A stretch of DNA of 15,005 nucleotides from Candidatus Hodarchaeota archaeon (GTDB lineage: Archaea > Asgardarchaeota > Heimdallarchaeia > Hodarchaeales > Hodarchaeaceae), in contig JAHQWW010000091.1 of the NCBI GenBank assembly GCA_029856365.1, positions 1 through 15,005 on the forward strand, given 5' to 3'. This document shows positions 1 through 7,684 of the stretch, piece by piece. Below the pieces are notes generated by a model that did not search any database, had not been told where the DNA came from, and saw only the letters and a list, made by a program, of their open reading frames with translations. Made by a program: the position numbers and the translations under genes. Within the stretch, counting starts at the first letter, position 1, and every line of letters starts with the position of its first letter.

Positions 1-1
1 T

Positions 2-1399
2 GCTACAGGAGCTAGGGAAAAAATGCTTGTATTTCCAGGGGATACTCTTCCAGGAGTTTATGGAGCAGGAGCATTTCAAACCCTAGTTAATCGTGATTTA
101 GTCAGATCTGCTGATAGAATATTTATTGTTGGAGGAGGTAACGTTGGATTAATTGCAGGTTACCATGCTTTGCAGGCAGGGATAGATGTTGTTGGGTTAG
201 TTGAAGCATTACCCAAATGTGGTGGGTATAAAGTTCATGAAGATAAACTCCGTCGTCTGGGTGTTTCCATTTATACAAGTCATACAATCCTTTCTGCTAA
301 TGGTGATGGCAAAGTAGAGTCAATTACAATTGGTCAGCTAGACCAAAATTGGAATGTTATCCAAGGTACAGAAAAATCTTTTTTGTGTGACGCCATCTTA
401 GTCGCAGTTGGATTAGATCCTGTCAATGAATTTTATACCAAGGCTATAGAATTTGGAGTGGATGCTTGGGTCGCAGGAGATGCTCAAGAAATAGCAGAGG
501 CTTCTGCAGCAATATTTACAGGTCGAATAGAGGCAGTGAAGATTCTTCATTCATTTGGAATAGAAACCGAGGAAAAGCTCGAAGAACTTGAAGAAAAAGC
601 CCAGATTATGAAATCTCCCCCACCAAAACCTGAAACAAGAGGAATGCCAATTCAGGAAGAAGGGATCTTTCCCATTTTTCACTGTAATCAAGAAATCCCT
701 TGTGATCCTTGCACTGGAGTTTGTCCTCAGCATCAAATAAAAACTGAGAATGACATGGTAACAAGTTTACCTTACTTTAAGGGAGAGAAAATGTGTACTG
801 GATGTGGGAGATGTGTTGCAGTTTGTCCAGGGTTAGCAATTTCACTCATAGACTATAGAAAAGATAAAGAAAACCCATTCGTGACCTTCCCACATGAAAT
901 GATCGAAAGAAATGTCAATAAAGGGGAAATAGTTACAGTAATGAGCAATGATGGAGAATTAGGTGAATTTCCTATCAAACGTATAAGGAAACTTAAAGAA
1001 TATCCACGAACTCTTCTTATTACTATTAAATTACCCAAAAAGGTTGCTAAATACGCTATTGGAATAAAGATTCAATCTGATGAGATTGGAGAACCATTAA
1101 CAATCTATCATAAACCACCATTGGCAGATAACGCAATTGTGTGTCGATGTGAGCGTGTAACGGCTGGAGAGATTAGAGAATGGATTCGTAAAGGAGTAAC
1201 AGATATTAATCAATTGAAAGCTCTTACTCATGTCCAAATGGGCGCCTGTGGCGGGAAAACATGTACAGCTTTGATTAATAGGATTTTTCAGGAGGAGGGT
1301 ATTGAAAACAGTCTGATTACTCAAGGAACACAACGACCCTTGTTCATTGAAGTACCATTAGAAATTTTTGCTTCTGCCAAGGAAGTGAAGAATAAATGA
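2..1399 (+). CDS. FAD/NAD(P)-dependent oxidoreductase fused to a 2x[4Fe-4S] ferredoxin and a BFD-like [2Fe-2S] domain (dye-linked L-proline dehydrogenase / sarcosine oxidase alpha-like subunit); 5'-truncated
   Basis: The frame is open from the window start (GCT ACA GGA GCT AGG GAA = ATGARE, the pyridine nucleotide-disulfide oxidoreductase 'ATG' motif), so the ATG at 23 is internal. Motifs: Rossmann IVGGGNVG, VAGD, CNQEIPCDPCTGVCP, CTGCGRCVAVCP, and C-terminal CRCE...GACGGKTC. Confidence 0.9.
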   Translation, partial: ATGAREKMLVFPGDTLPGVYGAGAFQTLVNRDLVRSADRIFIVGGGNVGLIAGYHALQAGIDVVGLVEALPKCGGYKVHEDKLRRLGVSIYTSHTILSANGDGKVESITIGQLDQNWNVIQGTEKSFLCDAILVAVGLDPVNEFYTKAIEFGVDAWVAGDAQEIAEASAAIFTGRIEAVKILHSFGIETEEKLEELEEKAQIMKSPPPKPETRGMPIQEEGIFPIFHCNQEIPCDPCTGVCPQHQIKTENDMVTSLPYFKGEKMCTGCGRCVAVCPGLAISLIDYRKDKENPFVTFPHEMIERNVNKGEIVTVMSNDGELGEFPIKRIRKLKEYPRTLLITIKLPKKVAKYAIGIKIQSDEIGEPLTIYHKPPLADNAIVCRCERVTAGEIREWIRKGVTDINQLKALTHVQMGACGGKTCTALINRIFQEEGIENSLITQGTQRPLFIEVPLEIFASAKEVKNK

Positions 1400-2547
1400 C
1401 TGAATATGACTGCATTATAATTGGAGCAGGTAGTGTAGGAGTTCCCACGGCATTAGCAATGGGTAAGGAGGGTCTTAAGACTTTAGTACTTGATATTGCT
1501 CCTTCAATAGGTTGTGGTGATAACAAACATGCAATTGGAGGAATAAGGGCAACCCACTCCCATAAAGGGAAAATTTGGGTATGTCAACGTTCTATAGAGA
1601 TATTTTCAAAGTGGGAGGAAAAATTTGGTGATGATATCGAGTGGATACAAGGAGGATATTCTTTTGTAGCTTATAATGAAGTTCATGAACAATTGTTGAA
1701 AGATACTGTTCAACTCCAAAAACGATATGGTTTGAATATCGATTATCTTGAAGCAGACAAAATTAAGGAATTGATTCCAGGAATTAACGGGGATGGACTT
1801 CTTGGAGGAACTTTCTCACCAGAGGATGGTAATGCTTCCCCATTGTTAGCTATAAACGCTTTTTATCGTCAGGCACAAAATCTTGGAGTAGATTTTAAGT
1901 TTAAAGAAGAACTAATAGATATTCAGATCAGTAAAGAACAAATTGTGTCTGTAAAAACCATCAAGGACACACATCAGTCTCAATATATTATAAATGCTGC
2001 AGGGGCTCGTGCAAAAGATATTGCTCAAATGATTGGTAGCTATGTTCCAGTGATACCTGATTCTCATGAAGCAGGTATAACAGAACCAGTTAAGCGATTC
2101 TTTACACCAATGGTCGTTGATATTCGGCCCTCAGAAGGATCTAAGAACTATTATTTTTATCAGAATAGAGAGGGAAAGATTATTTTTTGTCTCACACCTC
2201 ACCCTCTCATTGTTGGAACAGATAGACGAGAGACTAGCGTTTTTCTGCCACAAATTGCTAAAAGAATGATTAATTTACTTCCAAGGCTTAAAAATATCAA
2301 GGTCCGGCGAACCTGGCGTGGATTATATCCAATGACACCTGATGGTAGTCCTATAGTGGGCCCAATAAATGAAATAAATGGTTATATCAATGCAGTTGGA
2401 ATGTGCGGCCAAGGTTATATGATTGGGCCTGGGATTGGTGAAGTCCTTGCACGCCTCGTGGCAAAAAAAAGCACATCAAAAGATAGAGAAATTCTTGAAG
2501 AATTTTCATTATATCGTGACTTTGTTAAAGAAGAGAAATTAAAATAA
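1396..2547 (+). CDS. FAD-dependent oxidoreductase, DAO/glycine oxidase family (proline dehydrogenase / sarcosine oxidase beta-like subunit)
   Basis: N-terminal IIIGAGSVG dinucleotide-binding motif; RTWRGLYPMTPDGSPIVG and GMCGQGYMIGPGIG C-terminal motifs of the DAO/SoxB family. Its start (1396) overlaps the end of the upstream CDS (1399) by 4 nt, consistent with translational coupling. Substrate cannot be determined from sequence. Confidence 0.9.
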   Translation: MTEYDCIIIGAGSVGVPTALAMGKEGLKTLVLDIAPSIGCGDNKHAIGGIRATHSHKGKIWVCQRSIEIFSKWEEKFGDDIEWIQGGYSFVAYNEVHEQLLKDTVQLQKRYGLNIDYLEADKIKELIPGINGDGLLGGTFSPEDGNASPLLAINAFYRQAQNLGVDFKFKEELIDIQISKEQIVSVKTIKDTHQSQYIINAAGARAKDIAQMIGSYVPVIPDSHEAGITEPVKRFFTPMVVDIRPSEGSKNYYFYQNREGKIIFCLTPHPLIVGTDRRETSVFLPQIAKRMINLLPRLKNIKVRRTWRGLYPMTPDGSPIVGPINEINGYINAVGMCGQGYMIGPGIGEVLARLVAKKSTSKDREILEEFSLYRDFVKEEKLK

Positions 2548-2600
2548 TAACTCTTAAAATGACAGAAAATAGGATCTTTGCTTTATTTTTGACATTTCTA

Positions 2601-3476
2601 TTATGAAGACCCATCGAGAATTTCCCGGAGAGACTGTGCTAACAAATCACTTCTAATAAAAGAGAATTGTAAGGGAGCATCTTTTTTGGCAACTGTGGTT
2701 AAAAGTAAATCTGATCCAATGTCAAAAAAAAGTAATATCTGATCAGTTAGATGGATAGTACACGCTAGGGGTTCTTTGTCGAAGGCTTCCTTCAATCGTT
2801 CATTGGTTGTAAGCCACAAGTTAGCGGGTAAGATAACAAATTCTACTTTTTCACCCATTTCAATGACAGGAAGACCTTCTGAGGAGAGAATGGTAACTCC
2901 AAAAAAATCTTCATTTGTTTGCAAAAATTGATTAATTTTGTTATTAGCTTGTGTTATCTCAAAAGAGGACTCATGAATTATTTTCATAATATGAGCCATC
3001 ATTTCTATTGCTGAACCGTCTTCTAAAGACGTGTAATAGAAGTTTATTTGATCATCAGCTTCTGATTGAAAATCATTCTTCAACGTTCTAAATAATATTT
3101 TCTGGTCTTCTATCATAAGCATATCAGTCTTATGAAAACATACAAACTTCGTAGTAAATGGTGCAAATTCTTTCAGAAACCCTAAAACCTTATTCCAATG
3201 AAACAAAGAAGTAGAGATGGTGCCCGCCTCAGCTACATCCAATACCCATAGAACGATTTGAACATTTGAAAAAATTTCTTTAATTTCTTCTTTTGAGAGC
3301 ATATCTATTGAATTTTCCTCATAAAATTGGATATGAAGGATTTTATGAAGAGATTTAACTTTAATTATCCTAGTTTTATGTGGATCACCTTCTGCTTCAG
3401 TTATTGCTTCATAAGCTTCCTGAAGTATCGATGATTTTCCAGCTTTAGGTAATCCAAGGAGTAAAATCTTAGTCAT
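2601..3476 (-). CDS. Gtr1/RagA-like small GTPase domain fused to a C-terminal roadblock/LC7 domain
   Basis: G1 KILLLGLPKAGKSS; IFSNVQIVLWVLDV strand; Rag-type G4 FVCFHKTD (His rather than Asn); G5-like YYTSLED. The C-terminal ~115 aa (GVTILSSEGLPV...LLLTTVAKKDAPL plus a terminal helix) match the roadblock pattern. The G3 motif is degenerate. Confidence 0.82.
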   Translation of the reverse strand: MTKILLLGLPKAGKSSILQEAYEAITEAEGDPHKTRIIKVKSLHKILHIQFYEENSIDMLSKEEIKEIFSNVQIVLWVLDVAEAGTISTSLFHWNKVLGFLKEFAPFTTKFVCFHKTDMLMIEDQKILFRTLKNDFQSEADDQINFYYTSLEDGSAIEMMAHIMKIIHESSFEITQANNKINQFLQTNEDFFGVTILSSEGLPVIEMGEKVEFVILPANLWLTTNERLKEAFDKEPLACTIHLTDQILLFFDIGSDLLLTTVAKKDAPLQFSFIRSDLLAQSLREILDGSS

Positions 3477-3596
3477 TAGTGTCTCATCTTGAAACGTTAC
3501 ACATACTTACCATACTATCACTTATCCTACTAATAATTTATAGTCACTTAAGTAGTTTATCGAACTAAATAACCTATTACTAAAAATATTTTAAGA

Positions 3597-5267
3597 TTAT
3601 TGAAGAATGTATTCGTTGAAGAAAGAAACCAGATATTCAGGGATTTCATGAATTAAGAATTTTTTCGCAAGTAATTCAGCAATAGATGACCCATAGCGTC
3701 TTCCAAAATATTTTGCTAGAATATCTTGGACTATACTTTTGTCAGAGAGTCTTCTTTCCTTTTTTTTATAGATGAATTCTTGGAGTTCATTAATAGATGG
3801 AAGTCCATTTTGAATTTTGCTGGCTATACGAAGAAAAACCATTGGATTATTGACAAATAATGATTCAATGCTATCTTCCTTTAACGAGAGAAATGTATTC
3901 TCTGGAAAAACCGAAGCCCAATTTTTTTTTACTTTATTGTAAGTCTCAGAACTGACAATATCTCCATCCGTAATCGCTAAAGCATGGCTCTGTACGAATT
4001 TACTCTTTAATAATTCAATAGAAAGGACAAATTTCATGTTTGTCCACCCTCCAACTCCGATATAAGAAATTCTGTTCTGAGATACTCGGGATTGGTTACC
4101 TAACAAGATATCCTCAAAAGCTCGAAAGACTCTCGCATCTGTTCTTCCTTCTACAAACACAACAACATCAGCACCAAGAGAATCGGAGGGCCTGATACCT
4201 AGTAATTTAACAACCTTTTTCATTGATTTCTCGCCATAGATTGGTCGAACTTTAGTCCAACCTTGAGAGAGCTCAACTAAGTAAGCGTGACCAATGAGTA
4301 AACGTGTAGAATGTGTTGAGAAAATGAGTTGATGGTCTTTTGAGAAAGATTCGAGTTTCCTTCTCAGCTTTCGTTCTCCCTTTGGATGCAGATATAATCC
4401 TGGATCATCAATGATGATAATTTGATTTACAGGACTTGCTGTTAGAAGATATGCTAACGAAATAATTCTTAGGGTACCAGCAGACATTCTCCAAAGAGGG
4501 CTGGTAAACGCTTGTTCAATTGTAACCTCAATTTCTTGCCCATTATAATATTGTCCTAATCCAAAAACAAACTTCTGTCCAATCACATCGTTTAAGAAGC
4601 TTTCGATGGCTGTTATTGCCCTATAATCTTTGTTTTTTATTATCCGTGAGATATTTTCGTTTAGAAATTCATGTTCAGATGTTTCTTGAAAACGACGAAT
4701 AAATGCCGAACCAATCGCTTGTTGGATTATTGGAAGATCATTTGATTCAAAAGGAATATATTCAGCGTCTTTAAGTCGTAAATAACATTGCTGTTCAACA
4801 AACATTAGTTGCTCCTGTGAAAGAGTCATATCAAACTTAAGAGCAGAAATTGCTGAAAGGTTCGTTATTGTTTCTAAATTCTCGAAAAATCCATTGAAAG
4901 TATCTAGTGACCGTTTTTGGGTATGAATAAAAGATGTACTCGTAAAAATATCACGCAGATAATCATTCTCACGCCAAGATTCAATACTTTTGTCAACTTC
5001 TAATTCAAAAACTCCTCTAATAGTATTAGTTTTCCCAATGTATGAAAGAATTGGAGGAGCTTGCTGTACTTGCTGACCTAAACTAATTTTCAATTGATTT
5101 TGTTGGACTTTGGCACGAATAGAGGGGTCCCAAAAAATGGATATCCCATCTAAAATATTTGTTTTCCCTGAGTTATGAGGACCGATAAAACAGTTTAAAC
5201 TCTGAAAAATTAGCTTTAACCGCGGAATACTACGGAAATTATGCAAGGTGAGATTATGAATATACAT
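3597..5267 (-). CDS. OLD-family ATP-dependent nuclease (ABC-type ATPase + TOPRIM)
   Basis: MYIHNLTLHNFRSI start typical of the family (ATG at 5267 preferred over TTG at 5285). ATPase motifs: Walker A GPHNSGKT, signature MSAG, Walker B IIIIDDP, LHP, H-loop STHS. TOPRIM motifs: FVEGRTD, DGD, later SIE. Confidence 0.88.
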   Translation of the reverse strand: MYIHNLTLHNFRSIPRLKLIFQSLNCFIGPHNSGKTNILDGISIFWDPSIRAKVQQNQLKISLGQQVQQAPPILSYIGKTNTIRGVFELEVDKSIESWRENDYLRDIFTSTSFIHTQKRSLDTFNGFFENLETITNLSAISALKFDMTLSQEQLMFVEQQCYLRLKDAEYIPFESNDLPIIQQAIGSAFIRRFQETSEHEFLNENISRIIKNKDYRAITAIESFLNDVIGQKFVFGLGQYYNGQEIEVTIEQAFTSPLWRMSAGTLRIISLAYLLTASPVNQIIIIDDPGLYLHPKGERKLRRKLESFSKDHQLIFSTHSTRLLIGHAYLVELSQGWTKVRPIYGEKSMKKVVKLLGIRPSDSLGADVVVFVEGRTDARVFRAFEDILLGNQSRVSQNRISYIGVGGWTNMKFVLSIELLKSKFVQSHALAITDGDIVSSETYNKVKKNWASVFPENTFLSLKEDSIESLFVNNPMVFLRIASKIQNGLPSINELQEFIYKKKERRLSDKSIVQDILAKYFGRRYGSSIAELLAKKFLIHEIPEYLVSFFNEYILQ

Positions 5268-5325
5268 CGCTAGCCAAATCAACAATTTTTTGGTCTGTTA
5301 TATGAAGATTAATTAATTTTTAGAG

Positions 5326-5344
5326 ATATTAGAAGTTCTAATAT
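5326..5344. promoter_or_regulatory. Perfect 9-1-9 palindrome, candidate operator in the divergent intergenic region
   Basis: ATATTAGAA-G-TTCTAATAT read directly from the sequence. Function is inferred from position only. Confidence 0.45.
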
Positions 5345-5418
5345 TTGTATTCAATAGATCTAGAATAAATAAGTATTATAGCTTTAAAAACTAATAACAA
5401 ATTGGTTTTGAAATAGAG

Positions 5419-5434
5419 TCTAAAAATTTAAGTA
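5419..5434 (+). promoter_or_regulatory. Candidate archaeal BRE/TATA element for the 5471 gene
   Basis: TCTAAAAATTTAAGTA (A-run then TTTAAG) about 40 nt upstream of the TTG start; GAGGGG SD-like motif at 5456-5461. The AT-rich context limits specificity. Confidence 0.35.
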
Positions 5435-5470
5435 ACAGATTTTTCATAATAAAACGAGGGGTTTAAATTC

Positions 5471-6664
5471 TTGAATTTGTGGAGATTATTTGTTTATTGG
5501 GTAGTCTTTTGTGTTATTAGCGTAATTATCTATATTTTTCTGCAGATGCTTCATTCCGTTAATTTCTGGGAAAGCATTGGAGTCTCACCAGCTCCAGACC
5601 ATATTGAACCATTTTCTTCATTAGGAATGTTACTTTTTGAAATTATTATTGTTTTTGGATGGAGTATAATAACTTGTGTATTTTTTTGGAAAATAATATC
5701 TCGACTTTTCTCTTCCACACAACCGCTTGTTAGATTTTTCCAAGAAGTAATTATTTCATGGATCTGTTTTTCAGGATTTGAATGTTCAATAATCCTTTAT
5801 GATGAAATTTTTTCTGTTTTAGCGAAAGGCTATTTTTATCCTGTTCCCATTAATGTTCCAATCATCATTAATGTGAGTTGGGTTAACATTATTCTAGTAA
5901 GCCTCTTCTATACTGTTGTTGGTTTTCAAGCTCTAAGGAAAAACCTCACCCTCAAAAATTTTCTTAGAAGAGTTATTTTTGATATTATTCAAGTTCTAGT
6001 AATGTCATTCGAAGGATTATTAGCATTCATGCCTTTTTTTTCCACTAGAGATTTAGCTCTTCTCATAATTCCATCAATTGCAAGTTATTATACTGTTTTT
6101 GTTTTATGCCTCATTGTATCTTTAGAATATGTGTGGTGGGCTGTTGTAGCTACAGAAAGGGTAAGGGAACGGTCTAAGCAGGATTTTAACAATCAGATTT
6201 TTTTATTACAATCTTCTTTGTTCTTTATACCATTAGTTATTGTTATAACTTTCTTTCCTTTCCCTTTTTATCTTCTAGTGATGGATATCGGTTTATGGGT
6301 TGTCTTACTAACAATTTGTGCAATAATATCGGTCGTTGGGTTGTTTCTATATCGGTTGTTTAAAACAATGACTCCTAATGTATTTGAAAATATTGAGCAA
6401 AGATATAAAAACTTGAAATATCATTTTGATTTAGCTTTCGCTCTTAGGGGAACAATGTTTAATTATCCCCCGCCAGTTGATATCTTATCAAGAAAAGAAT
6501 TAACAAAAACGATTGAGAGTAAATGGCAAAAAGTCACATTGAAGATAGCCTGCGGTCATTGTTACCATGTATTTACAATACGGACATTCAAGAATGGTTC
6601 CAAAGTTAAACCTGTACCGTGTCCCTTCTGTGGGTCAATGGCTACCACTCCAGTTTGGGAATGA
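5471..6664 (+). CDS. Hypothetical multi-pass membrane protein (about 8 TM segments) with a C-terminal C4 zinc ribbon
   Basis: Repeated 20+ aa hydrophobic stretches in the first ~295 aa, then a soluble tail ending CGHCYHVF...CPFCGS. The TTG start is preceded by GAGGGG. Confidence 0.8.
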   Translation: MNLWRLFVYWVVFCVISVIIYIFLQMLHSVNFWESIGVSPAPDHIEPFSSLGMLLFEIIIVFGWSIITCVFFWKIISRLFSSTQPLVRFFQEVIISWICFSGFECSIILYDEIFSVLAKGYFYPVPINVPIIINVSWVNIILVSLFYTVVGFQALRKNLTLKNFLRRVIFDIIQVLVMSFEGLLAFMPFFSTRDLALLIIPSIASYYTVFVLCLIVSLEYVWWAVVATERVRERSKQDFNNQIFLLQSSLFFIPLVIVITFFPFPFYLLVMDIGLWVVLLTICAIISVVGLFLYRLFKTMTPNVFENIEQRYKNLKYHFDLAFALRGTMFNYPPPVDILSRKELTKTIESKWQKVTLKIACGHCYHVFTIRTFKNGSKVKPVPCPFCGSMATTPVWE

Positions 6665-6740
6665 AGAATTCAGTTTTAAAGAATGTAGAGTTCTTTAATT
6701 AAATATTAAAGAAATTCCGTTCGTTTTAAAAAATTAAGTA

Positions 6741-7583
6741 GTGAATTTCCAAACAGAACTTTTTTTTAATTATCTTGAGAAAATCCCTTCTAGAACCTTT
6801 GGAGATAGATTTAACTTGCCTTATTTTATTCGTGATGGTTATAAGTTGTATTATTATCAAGAGGGGACAGGCCAACCAATAGTGTTTATTCATGGATATT
6901 TAGGGAGTTCTCAATCCCACTGGGGATACCAACTCAATGATCCCAAGCTTAATTCTCGATATCAACTGATAGCGCCAGATTTACGTGGTTACGCGAAATC
7001 GAGTATCGGAAAAAGAGTTGAAAAACACCAAACTTCTGATCATATCCTTGATTTACATTTCCTCCTCTCACAACTCCAACTTAAACAAAAACCAGTTTTT
7101 GTGGGTTACAGTATAGGGGGAACCTTAGTATTAATGTACACATTAAAATATCCAGATAACGTGCAAAGTATAGTTCTTGTGAGTCCTCGACCTTTTATAG
7201 GGAAAGAGACCAGATCATGGAATTTTTTGGCAAAAGAAAAGCGAAGTGGTGAACAAAAAAGCTTCCTTATCTCGTTTTTGTGGAAAATAGTCAAGCAAAT
7301 ACAAAGAATTATTACCTATATCTCCATAAAAAGACACTATAAAGGATCGAGTTTGTACCTCCAGCAGCTTGAGCAAATCGACGTCCCTCTCCTAATCCTT
7401 TATGGGAAAAAGGATACAGTTAATCCATCTATTACATATACCGTTCTAAAAAAGCATCTTCCTCAAGCTGAAGTAATCGAATTGGATTGTGATCATGGAA
7501 TCACCCATGAACTTTCAGAAGTATTTAATGAGATTCTCTATCAGTTCCTGAGTCAAACAACGGAGCAGTCGATCCAAGACTAA
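6741..7583 (+). CDS. Alpha/beta fold hydrolase
   Basis: FIHGYLGS oxyanion region, APDLRGYAKS, nucleophile elbow GYSIGG, acid in GKKD, His in DCDHG: intact triad. The GTG start position is uncertain. Confidence 0.9.
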   Translation: MNFQTELFFNYLEKIPSRTFGDRFNLPYFIRDGYKLYYYQEGTGQPIVFIHGYLGSSQSHWGYQLNDPKLNSRYQLIAPDLRGYAKSSIGKRVEKHQTSDHILDLHFLLSQLQLKQKPVFVGYSIGGTLVLMYTLKYPDNVQSIVLVSPRPFIGKETRSWNFLAKEKRSGEQKSFLISFLWKIVKQIQRIITYISIKRHYKGSSLYLQQLEQIDVPLLILYGKKDTVNPSITYTVLKKHLPQAEVIELDCDHGITHELSEVFNEILYQFLSQTTEQSIQD

Positions 7584-7684
7584 TAGACAGTAGTGAATTA
7601 TTATAAGTGCTTTTATAACAAATGAATTGTTTGTTATTTGTTAGGCTTTATTGGTTATTAATTCTCGCCAGGTGGGGTTTTTAT

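Noticed and set aside
551-1526. Short minus-strand ORFs (551-736, 853-1038, 1097-1333, 1344-1526)
   Set aside because: Antisense to conserved oxidoreductase genes, with no motifs.
3477-3513. Tiny upstream ORFs before the Rag-like gene (MVSMCNVSR*, MRH*)
   Set aside because: Expected by chance at this length; no supporting signal.
3597-5267. Gabija, retron or SMC/Rad50 assignment
   Set aside because: No adjacent UvrD helicase or reverse transcriptase; no long coiled coil or hinge; the C-terminal TOPRIM indicates OLD family.
6551-6631. Lunapark-type or RING zinc finger
   Set aside because: Only four Cys ligands (not a RING), and the CxxCxxHNG pattern of Lunapark is absent; it fits a generic zinc ribbon.
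7622-7684. Hydrophobic N-terminal extension of the HEAT ORF resembling a signal peptide
   Set aside because: More likely translated T-rich intergenic DNA; an SD-like AGGTGGGG precedes the ATG at 7685.
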